DNA of 64,000 nucleotides from Octopus sinensis. Lineage: Eukaryota. The first letter of the stretch is position 1. Each line of letters opens with the position of its first letter. This document shows positions 27,301-39,900 of the stretch, one piece after another. The notes under the pieces are model-generated. The model made no database searches and was not told the origin of the DNA. It worked only from the letters and a program-made list of their open reading frames with translations. Made by a program: the position numbers and the translations under genes. The stretch is from NCBI RefSeq assembly GCF_006345805.1, contig NC_043000.1, forward strand, positions 110,918,001-110,982,000. The letters are read 5' to 3'.

Positions 27301-30300
27301 ACCGTTGATGACTGGTACTTTTTTGGGATTGTTCTTTTATAGAATACCATTTTATGTTCCATTCCATGTAATTGAGAATCATCTAACATGGTATCTTTCT
27401 TTTGATTTAGAAACTTGAGCCAATGAGGAGTCTTCTCAAGTGCCATGATTTAGCAGACTAATGATTTATGATTAAAGTATTCCAGTCACAACTACCATGT
27501 TTTTTTTAATTTTTATATTATCAAATGGAAATTGTAGTTATGATACCTGTGCCAGTGGCACGTAAAAAGCACCTTTCAAACGTGGCTGATGCCAGCACCA
27601 CCTTGACTGGCTTCCGTGCTGGTGGCACATAAAAAGCACCAACCGATCATAGCCTCCCCTGGCATGTAAAAAGAACCCACTACACTCATGGAGTGGCTGG
27701 TGTTTGGAGGGGCATCAAGCTGTAGAAACACTGCCAGATCAGACTGGAGCCTGGTGCAGCCTCCTGGTTTCCCAGGCCCCGGTCAAACCGTCCAACCCAT
27801 GCCAGCATGGAAAACAGACGTTAAACGATGATGATGATATATATATATATATCAAGGACTACATTAAACCCTGTATTTTGCTTGCCGGGCACCCCTGGAG
27901 CCAGCAGTATTATTTAGCCTATACAAGGACACAACACATTCACTTTGTTGCCAGTTGTCCAGCATCATGGCCTACTCAACCATATCTGCATCACTGGTCA
28001 TCCCCACCCTATACCCATCATTCCCAACATCCACCCTTCAACTCTACCCAATCTTTGCAGTTGTTATCTATCTCCCCACCATTTTCTGTTCCCCCATCCA
28101 CCCACACTCCTAGCTCTTTCTCCACTCTCTTTTATTTACCTCATATTTACGATGTCTCCTGGGGCTAAATAACAGCAACATTCGTCCTAAACCAAGACTA
28201 CCATGTTATGTTGGCAAACAATCTTTACTCCAAAGTACTTTTGCTGAATATCTCTCATTGTGGGATTTACAAATAGTAATGATGATGATGATGATGATGG
28301 TGAACCAACAACTCTAAAATACAATCCATTGTCTTGTTTTTTTTTTTTTGTCTCTCTTCAGGGATATTATCAAAGAACACCAGATTATGAACCAATCGTC
28401 CGGTGGAACAAACAGGGTTGCTTTGAAGTACCAATGGTTCATTCTGTCTACCTGATTGATATGAACCATGTTGGGGTGAGGAAACTGTCATTCAAGAAAG
28501 CCCCACCTGGATATAAGGGGCCGTTTGATGATATCATTCAGTTTGCTTTTGCTGCCAAATATGCCGGTAAGTCTTAAAATACATTCCAGTTGTCATGGCT
28601 AATTAGTGTGGGTTAACTTAATTACACATTAACAAGTTTGCTGGGAAAACATTTATAGAATTGGATTGTTTCTGGTTGATCAGAAAATGGCAAATGAAGA
28701 GACATCCAGCAAAACTTTGCAATGCCTGGATCTCTGCACGTGACTCTCAGAGTATTGGTAAAGAGGAACCTTGTCTTTCAGAGAGTCAATTAACATCCCA
28801 GTGCTGAAGCGTGTATGGTGTAGTTCTTGTATTTCATACATTTGGAAATATACTGTGTGTGAGAAGACCCGGCATGTAAAAAGCACCATCCCGATGTGGC
28901 CGATGCCTGCACCTCCTTGACTGGCTTCCGTGCCAGTCGCATGTAAAAAAACACCAACCGATCGTGGCTGTTGCCAGCCTTGCCTGGCCCCTGTGCCGGT
29001 GGTACGTAAAAAGCACCCACTACACTCACGGAGTGGTTGGCGTTAGGAAGGGCATCAAGCTGTAGGAACACTGCCAAATCAGACTGGAGCCTGGTGCAGC
29101 CTCCTGGCTTCCCAGACCCCTGTTGAACCGTCCAACCCATGCTAGCATGGAAAGCGGACGTTAAACGATGATGGCATTTGAAATGGTCCAATGCAGAGGA
29201 ATATATTTCTACAAGAAATGGCTTATGATGAACGATGTAATAGACATAATGGAAACCAGAAAAAGACAATAGAAGAAATATTACATTATATATTTGCTTA
29301 AGTATTATTAGCTGAGCAGAGTGATGTGTTGGAAACGTGTTGGGCCCATAACCCAGAAGTCTGTTCATCCAAACTCTGTGAAGAAATGGATACTGATTTC
29401 GATATTAATACCTCGCATCTTTGATCTCTTTAAATGTGCCAACCATATGCGGGGTAGGTACACATTGCAATTTGCAACAGAAGTTTATATAATATCAAGG
29501 AGATCGCCAACTAACTGGGGTACATCAAAACCCAAACAGCCTAGAGGGCAAAAATCGACAGCAACAGGATTTTATGCTTGCTATATAATATCTGTTGGTT
29601 GTTGTTATTTAGTCCCAGATTCAGCTGTGATCTCCAGCAGTAATCTTTCACTTACTGACACTTTGCAAAGCTCATGTGAGGCTGACAGTGAAGTATTTGT
29701 TCCTTTCACATTTGGCACTGTACCATTGCTGTGCACTCAGACATCCTAGACCAGGTCAACTCGAATCGTGGGCCACTTTAATCACAGAAAGTGTTTTGAG
29801 GGCCGCTTCTATACTGACAGAACTGAAAGCATTTTGCTTTCTCATGCTATTATTACAATAACGAATGAATGATCATTGATTCAACATGAAATATTATCGT
29901 TGCAAAAAGAGTAGTATCTTCCTTTTTTACTTTTCATTACAATCTTTAATTTTTAATAAAATTTAAAATATGTTTCAAGAAAGTATCAAGTGGGCCACAA
30001 GATAAAAGTGTACGGGCCTCAGGTTGGCCAGCCCTGTCCTAAAACATCCAGAAACAGGCATCCAACTGATTGGCAGAAAGGGACTTACAGAAACACTCCA
30101 GCCTCTCTCTCTCCTGCTACTGTTAGTCTCTGCTTCTTGCAGCTGGCAAGGTTCATAACACTTCTCCACCCTGGCATTCTTGACCCATTCACCTCTTCTC
30201 TTCTCATCACTCCTTTTGTGGTCATCTCTCTCCAGATTCCGAGTTCGATTCCAGGTAGTGACCTGAATAATAATGATAATAACAACAGCAACATTGAAAA

Positions 30301-31305
30301 ATACTTTAGGAATGAGAACCCAGGTTCAAAATTTCGCCAAGACACCTGATGATGGCTGGAGGGTATATCAGCCGAGATGTTGTGTTAACAACAAACAAGA
30401 TGAGGACAAAAATCCGTCAAATGTAAATAATGTACATAATTCCTCATCTCTTAAATACAGAACTGTATTAATCAATCACTTTGCCTAGTTTTTTCTTCCC
30501 AGAGTCTCAGCCATCTTAGAGTTGCTTCCCTGCTCATGACTATTCTTCAGGGCTTGACAAGCAAAGGATCATAAATGACATCAATCTCAGTAGTCTTGAA
30601 GGGCCTCGGCTCTGCCCCTTCTAGATTTTGCACGAAAAAAGAATATAGAAAAATCTAGAACCATACTATCCAATGTGTATTTTCCTTTTTAAGGTAATTT
30701 GATGTGTGTGTGAGAGGGAGTTTGGTATTATACATAGCACTCAGGTGTACACACCCCAATCTGATGATACCTGTTAATAAAGAATTGAGTAGAATTTATG
30801 TAAAATATATTTTTAAAAAATAGAACCTGATGATGATGATGAGAACCATTTACCAATCCGCAGTCTGCTAGTTTACCATCTTTATGTTAATATTGTGTTT
30901 TGTGTTTTCAACAGGAATGTCGATGCATATCATCAACACAGAATTTTTTGGACATCTTATGGTTCCTTTAGAGTCAAAAGATTCTTTAGAAGATGAGGTT
31001 GAACAGTTTCTGCACATTAAACTGGAAATGATTGGTGAGTCTCCTGCCACGATAGCAGCAGCTTTGCTTTCTCATGTTAGAAAAAAAATAACCTATGCGA
31101 TTAGAATGAAGAATTTGTTGATTTCAGCAGCACCAGACCAAGTCAAAGATGTCCACACACTGTACACATGCATACATACATATACATGTGTATATATATA
31201 TCATACATGTACATATATATGTATATACAATATATATATATATATATTATATATATATATAGATATATATATATATATGTATATACATATATATATATAT
31301 ATATG

Positions 31306-31339
<34 letters not shown>

Positions 31340-31363
31340 CATATATTATATATATATATATGT

Positions 31364-31402
<39 letters not shown>

Positions 31403-31435
31403 CATAATATATATATATATATATGTATATACATA

Positions 31436-31467
<32 letters not shown>

Positions 31468-33870
31468 ATATATGTATATACAATATATATATATATATAT
31501 GTATATACATATATATATATATATATGTATATACATATATGTATTACCATAAATCCTCGAGTATAATCCGCATTTTCCCCCCAAAATTTAAAGGTCAAAA
31601 TCCCTAGTGCGTACTATATACGAGGTTAAAAATGAAAAATATTCTCTAAGCAATGTCTGAGTCTCTATTTGCTGTCCGGCAATGTTTATTCAGATGCATT
31701 TTGTGATGTCGGGCACGAAAATACCTTAAGCTAAGCCTGAAAGCAATGAAGTCATAAAAGAATCATCCATACCTTGCAGTAAGCAACATTTATTAAAATA
31801 AAAGTATTCAGAGCACAGAATAACATGTAACGAAAACAATTTGCAAACATATTTACATTCCCATGCAACAGTTCAGAACATCACCATTATTGTATTACGC
31901 ATGTGCGGAAGTGTTTGTTCGACTAGGTGCTGCTGGCTTAATTACACACGACTCAAGTTAGAGAAGGGGTGCGTATTAGACATAAGGTTTAGGTTTTTCA
32001 GAAGTACAGCCCCCTAAAAATCCCCTGCATATTATACTCTAGGGCCGACTATACTCGAGGATTTACGATATATATATATGTGTACATACATATGTATATA
32101 CATGTACACATATGTATGTATACATATTTGTCTATATATATATATATATATATATATTATATTCACAAATCTATGTATATATATGTACATATATATGTGT
32201 ATATATATGTATGTGTGTATGAGCATTATACATATACATCTGTTTTGTACACCACCTGTCTTCATCTTTTGCTTTTTTTGTAAACTCTCCCTATATGTGT
32301 ACATATATGTATATGTGTGTATATGTATATATATATATATGCATATATATATGTGTGTGTGTGTATATATATATATGTATATATATATGTATGTATATAT
32401 ATATGTATATGAAAGAAGGTTTGAAAATGCAATTTTAAAAGATGTTTATTCACTTGACCAGTTTCACTTTTTTAGAAAAATATTGTCAAAAGTAACATGT
32501 AAAATCTTTGTTGTGTTAGGTACTGGTTGTCACAAAATATTACAATACATATATACATTCTTTGATAATAAGAAGAACATGTTAGAAACAGTTTACAAGG
32601 AAAAATCTTGGAAAAATATGAAAAAGTTCATTAAAATATTAGGCACAAAAAGTCATTCACAGACCCACCCCAATAGACCCTGAGCAGGTGAGGACCTTCA
32701 ACTCTTTAGCTGCTCAGCTAAGAGAAGATAACTCTAGTCAGATTCTGCATCCTGGTAACCCCAGGATTCATGGTCCTTGTTGCACCAGAACCAATATAAT
32801 TTCGAAAGACGAAAGAGTGAGATTGGCTCTGCACAAACCATTGACTAATGTAATAATAATAATAAACCCTTGTCCCCTTGTGGGGTAATTCAGTGTTTAT
32901 AAAAGGCTAAGCGAGTAATTCCCTATAGAAAATGCAGATGGAGGGGACCCTAAGACAGGATATGATTGGTTATCCTAAACCAATATCTATTATCGCATGT
33001 GGCTCTGTGGATGTTGTGACTCTAATGCCTTGTTTTTCCATCATGGCAGATCATCCATGAATGGAGAGGTGGTAAGAGTACTTGGGGACAAGAGAATTGC
33101 TTCTAGAAACAGCCGAGGCACATCAGAGGTGGATTAGGGACTCTGCAATTCCAGCCTATAATCAACTCATTTGTAATAAATACACCAAGGTTTAACCTGA
33201 ATGCAACTCACACACACTGTATTTAGTTGCGCGCGCGTGTGTGTGTCTGTGTATGTATGTGTGTGTGTGTATATCATCATCATCATCATCGTTTAGCGTC
33301 CGTTTTCCATGCTAGCATGGGTTGGACGGGTCAACTGGGGTCTGTGAAGCTGGAAGGCTTCGTCAGGCCCAGTCAGATCTGGCAGTGTTTCTACGGCTGG
33401 ATGCCCTTCCTAACGCCAACCACTCCGCGAGTGTAGTGGGTGTTTTTTACGTGCCACCTGCACAGGTGCCAGACAGAGCAAATCAAAATAAGCAACAAGG
33501 ATATCCAAGGTAGAGTAGTACAATTGTTTCATGCTACTTCATCTTATTAAACACTAAGTATTACATCAGTTTGAAAATGTCGAGCAATCTTCAGCCACAT
33601 ATAGAGTAAGTATAAAAATGTACAATGTCAATTTAATTTTTTAAAAATCTATATGTGGCTGAGGATTGCTCGACATTTTAAAACTGATGTAATACTTAGT
33701 GTTTAATAAGATGAAGTAGCATGAAACAATTGTACTACTCTACCTTGGATATCCTTGTTGCTTATTTTGATTATAATCACCCCATTTGATTTATATGGAT
33801 AATACCATACCAAATTCTGGTGCCTTTAACTTAAGTACCATATTCATCTGAATCTAAATTTTGCTGAACG

Positions 33871-33906
<36 letters not shown>

Positions 33907-36900
33907 TATATATTTACAGACATTCTAATTCATATTTTGTTTCCTATTTCAGTTATCGAGCCCCAACTCCGTCCCTCTCGTTTCATTTCTTTCCAACGAG
34001 TTAAAAGTAGCAAACTTGGCTTTGATCAGGTAAATATCAACACCACACCACACACTAATCTCTACCACAACACTGCTCCACATCCCAGTACACCTCAACA
34101 ACACCATTCCATGTAGTTGTGAAACAAATTTGTCAAGCACACAGTCATAATGTAAAACAATGCATTTCTTGCTACAGTTATTACGTATCACTGTTGCTCC
34201 TGTTGCTGGTGAATTAATTAAGTAATTAATATTAATCTAGCTGCTGTTAAAAACTGATTATGTTTGAAGAATATTATTGGATCGTGTGTTTATTAGACTT
34301 TTTCCTCTCTGATATAAAGTATGATAAAAGAGATGGTCACAAATCTTTTATCTTGCTTACTTCTTCCTTCTCATTATGGCGATAACAAGTATGGATGTTC
34401 GTTATCACTGATTGTATCCCGAAAATAGAAGCTGGAGCCTTCATCCAGTGATAGACATCTTTAAACTACAGGGATTATTTAAATATTGAACAGAAACATG
34501 GAGTAGCAAACAACTCTCTCTCACACACACACACTCTCTCTCTCTCTCACACACGCACGCACTGTGTTCTAAAGACTATCTCTTCTCTTGCAGGTATATC
34601 TCATTAATTTGATCCGACGTCCAGAAAGAAGACGGAAAATGCTTACTTCTCTGAGAGAACTTGGCATTGAAATCTTTATTTTGAATGCAGTTGATGGAAA
34701 GTATGTCATCAGTTTTTCTCTCATCATCCCCATCCTCATCATTGTTCTCCATCCATTCATTATCATCAATTAATGTCCATTTTACCAACTTGTATGGGTC
34801 AGATGGAATTTTTCGAGGCAGATTTTTTTTTCTTTGGCTAAATCCCCTTCCTTTTTCTTTGGCCAATTCTCCTCACCTATTTCCAAGCAAGGTAATATTT
34901 CTTGATGGCCAGACATATTTTTTTTTTTTTTTCAAAAGACCAGAAATGAACTACACCACTTGTATGATGGCGAATCTTATTTACGACCATCACATGACAT
35001 GAAGACCACAATGCACACAAACACACACAAATATAAACGTATACATTTGACAGGCTTCTTTCAGTTTCTGTCTACCAAATCTATTTTCAAGGCTCTGGTC
35101 AGATTGGGACCATAATTGAAAACATTCATCCAAGATGCCATGTAATGGAATTGAACCCAGGACCACATTGTTGGGGAGCAAGCTTCTTAACCACACAGCC
35201 ATGTCTGTTTTTGTTTTGTTTTCTCTCACCTTACTGGCACTCGATCCCGTGCTAGTAGGGTATTAAGAGCACCATCCGAGTGTGATCATTACCAGAGCGG
35301 CTATCTGACCTCCATGCTGGTGGCACGTAAAAGACACCATTCGAGCATGATCGTTACCAGCATTGCCTTACTGGCACCTGTACTGGTGGCATGTGTAAAG
35401 GATTCGAGCAAGGCGGTTGCCAGTACCGCCTGACTGGCCCCGTGCCGGTGGCACGTAAAAGCACCCACTACACTCTCGGAGTGGTTAGCGTTAGGAAGGG
35501 CATCCAGCTGTAGAAACCCTGCCAGATCAAGATTGAGGCCTGGTGCAGCCACCTGGTTTGCCAGCCCTCAGTCAATCGTCCAACCCATGCTGCAATGGAA
35601 AGCGGACGTTAAATGATGATGATTGCATGGGTCGAAAGGTCTTTATCAACACAGCACCTTGACACATGTCACAGCCCTTTGTCTGTTAACAACAGAGGAA
35701 AAAAGATGCCAGGCTTTGTTGCTGTATATCCAGTTATGGTTTTATATTTTTGGCCGTGTTGAGTATTGTATGTGTAGCTGTATTTGAAATGGTGATGTTA
35801 TTTAGCCCCTGGTAGCCCTGACTGAACAGGCCTATAATCAGATGCCTTTCCAGTCTGGACCCTTTCATCATTTTGTTAGGGATGCCTAGCGCTATATTCT
35901 CTAACATGCCCTCTCTACAGTTTAAGAGATGAGGAATTATGTACATTTACGTTTGATGGATATTTGTCCTCATATGGTGTAGTGGTTAAGAGTGTGGGCT
36001 ACTAACCCCAAGATTCCGAGTTCAATTCCAGGCAGTGACCTGAATAATAATAATAATAATAATAATATCGAAAAATACCTTAGGAATGAGAACCCAGGTT
36101 TGAAATTTCCTCAAGACAACCTGATGAAGGCTGGTGAGTATATCAGCCAAAACTTTATGTTAACAACAAACAAGATGAGGACAAATATCCATCAAATGTA
36201 AATAACATAAATAATGTCCTATTTTAGTCCTTTTCTCTGCTCCTTCTGCATCATCTGTGATGCACAGAATGGCAGCTTCACATGCTTGCACATTGGATAT
36301 AACATACAAGCACCACCGTTATTGCAGATACGGCAATATTTTAATTATTATTATATATACTGTGTGGAAAGTAATGCTCTTTCCTTTTAAACACATTCTT
36401 CAGAGGTAGATCGAATCCAGCACTCAGCTCAAAACCATCGCTGGGCCCCTGTGGGTGCCTTTTGTGGAGTCTGATCTGTTGTAGGCATTTGGACCAGGTT
36501 ATTGGTTGAAGAACAACCATAAAACATAAAACAACTGTTGCCATCGACAACTTGTTGATACTCCAAATAGTGCTCGGCAGTTTTCTGTGTTTTACAGGCA
36601 TGTCCTGAATGGATAAACAGTTTACTTCCCAACCACATGTTTCTGGGTTCAGGCCCACTGCTTGGCACATTGGGCAAATGTATTCTATTATAGCCTTGGG
36701 ATGACCAAAACCTTGTGAGTGGATTTGGTAGGCAGAAACTGAAAGAAGCCCTTTGTATGCGTGTATTTGTGTGTATGTGTGTGTGCACGTACATCTTTGT
36801 GTCTGTGTGTCCCCCCCCCCCCATAATTGCTTGACAACTGGTGTTGGTGTGTTTTATGTCCCAGTAACTTAGCAGTTCCGCAAAAGAGACTGATAGAATA

Positions 36901-39900
36901 AGTACCAGGCTTCAAAAAAAAAAAAAAAAAGGTCTTGGAGTCAATTCATTCAACTAAAAATTGTTTGGAACACATGGTTCTGGGTTCAGTCCCACTGCAT
37001 GGCACCTTGGGAAAGTGTCTTCTACTATAGCCTCGGGCCGACCAAAGCCTTGTGAGTGGATTTGGTAGACGGAAACTGAAAGAAACCCATCATATATATG
37101 TGTGTGTCTGTGTCGCCCCAACATCACTTGACAACTCTATTTTATGGATTTCTTGTGGTTGAAAGGGAAAGACTGACCTCGGCAGGATTTGAACTCAGAA
37201 ATAAATACTGCAAGGCATTGTGCCCATAGCTATGACTTTTTACCCCCCCCCCCCCATTGTCTGTTGGATAGAATGACATCCAATAATGATGGCTGGTCTG
37301 TTTTAACATAGGAATTTGTTTGTTTGTAGAACTCTGAATGACACATATCTGAAGCAGTTAGGTGTGAAACAGCTACCTGGGTATGCAGATCCTTATCACG
37401 GAAGGTGAGTCCTATTTTTTTATCTGTCATTATTTTCTTGATTTTATTTTAGGATCTTTTATGATATACTGAGATGACTGGAGCCAAAAGAAACTGCAAA
37501 GGACAAAATTCCTACCAAAACTCCAATTTACAAAGAACTTGCCCAGAACATGCTGGTCTTGTCATCCTATGTCCCATTTGCCTGGCTTTGAATGGTTTGA
37601 CAAGAACTGAGGGCTCCCAGAGGGCTGCGTCAAGCTCCAGCATCTGCTTTGGCCTGGTTTCTACGGCTGGATGCCCTTTCTAAGACCAACTACTTTACAG
37701 AGTGCACTGGGAGCTTTTTATCCATGGCACTGGAACTAATGAGGTCACCAAGCAACTTGCAAGACAAGACCCCCACACCTACCTCAACCAAATGGGCCAA
37801 AGTAGTGAAGGATGTGGAAGTATAATAGGGGGACATACTTAGATTTGTTCAGCTTTCGTGGTCCTGCCAAAAGTTAGGGATTCATCATCATCATCCTCCA
37901 TGCTGGTATGGGTGATTTGATCAGAGCTGGCAAGAGAGCTGCACCAGATTCCAGTCTGTTTTACCTTTTGTTTCTACAGCTGGATGCCTTTCCAAATGCC
38001 CACCACTTTACAGTGTGTGATGCATGGTACCAGCGTGAGCACTTTTACATAGTAATGGCACAAGTGCTCATTCATGCAGCACTGGCACAGGGCTTTTGCA
38101 GGACAATGCTTTTCATCAAGCTGTGAAGGACAGGTCTTCTTGAGGCCCCTCATGTCTCAGATCTTTAACCTCTCTGTGATAACTCACCAGTATGGCACAT
38201 GTTAGATATCAGGGGAAAAGAATACCTTTTGGATCCATGTGTTTATGGATACATTTTATTCAGCATTAGTAACACTGAGTTTGAGATTAGAAATAACTCC
38301 GGACAACTGGCTCCCGTGCAGGTAGCATGTAAAAAACACCTTTTGAGTGGTCGTTGCCAGAACCGCCTGACTGGCTCCTGTTTTGGTGGCACGTAAAAAC
38401 ACCCACTACACTCTTGGAGTGGTTGGCGTTAGGAAGGGCATCCAACTGTAGAAACTTTGTCAGAACAGACTGGAGCCTGGTGCAGCCTTCTGGCTCACCA
38501 GTCCTCAGTCAAGTCAACCAACCCATGCCAGCATGGAAAGCAGACGTTAAACGACAATGATGATGATTTATTTAAAAAAAGATTCCATTTATTTGTGGTG
38601 TGCAACCTGAAGAATTCAACCATGATTTAGCCCTCGGTAAGCAAACACAAATATTCTCAGTTCTGTGGATGTGCAAATGGGACTCAAGAACTGATTTTAT
38701 TTGTTTTCTGTAGTAGAGTACTTTCCAGAATTGTCCACGTTTCATATAATGTAAAAGCCATTTTTTTATTTTTACTGGCCAAGAAAAAGAGGTTTTGAGA
38801 ACTGATGTGAGGATGCATGAGAAGACAAATCTTTAATCCATGCAGTTAAAGTGTTGTTGAAGAATGACTCATCTTTTGTATAGTCTTTAATGATAATTCT
38901 TCTTATGTTACAGGCAGATGACAATGGGAGAAATTGGCTGCTTTTTAAGTCATTTTGTCATATGGAAAGATGTGAGTAGTTGTTTGAAAGTGGCCTCGAT
39001 CAAAACCACTGTCTTCTTTCTTACTTTCAACACCAGAAAACATCCAGATATGACCACCCACCACACAACAACGCAAACATTCTCCCTCATCTCTCACACA
39101 AACAAAGGGGGAAACCCTGGGAATTACAAAACATCCACATTGTTCACAACACACACTGAAGACATTAAGGGAAACCCCCTTAAGCAACCGTATATGGCTC
39201 TGTTTTACCATTATCACTGAGATGTTCAAATGGAAAGATGTCTCTTCTCTTTGTAGGTTGTCGACAATAATTACAGGAAAGCCCTCGTATTTGAAGACGA
39301 TGTACGGTTTGAAATATTCTTCCGACAGAAGCTTGAAAAACTACTTTATGAATGTGAATATATTGTCAGAAACTGGGATCTTGTGTATGTTGTTGATTCT
39401 ATTTTCCTCCTTACCATTATTCTTTGAAATAATATTAAAAAAGGACCACATGGTTTTAAAATTCTAAATCAAGGGAACCCTACTATCTTTAGGATAAGGA
39501 CAACATGTTTTTAAATTTTAAGTCAGAGACAGTATGTCTTTCAGAGTATTTAGCAAAGTTATGGCTTGGGGTGACAAAAATTAAGTCCCAAATCCTACAT
39601 GAGATGTCTTATATGACCAGCCAAATGTCTGCCCTGTGAGTTACTGTTGAAGTTTATTCTATGACCTTTGTACCCCACAACCTCTGTTTACTATCTCCTT
39701 TACAATAAGGACATGACAATATAATGTTTACATCACCAAATATTGAAATACTTTCATCATTCTTGTCCTTGACAGATCTTCACTTTGATATTTTACACCC
39801 AACTAATTTACATGGAATTATCTCAATTATTTTCATTTAAAAGTAACTCGCCATTATTTATAGATACAATCATAGGGATTTCGTTCTTGATTTAATAATC

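Noticed and set aside
35971-36042. Possible tRNA-Ser(ACT) gene
   Set aside because: Acceptor and T stems pair poorly and the sequence is the head of a repeated element; the same applies to other SINE heads such as 10326-10400.
38911-38917. Tandem acceptor CAGGCAG
   Set aside because: The second AG is 4 nt downstream and would shift the frame; no evidence of use.
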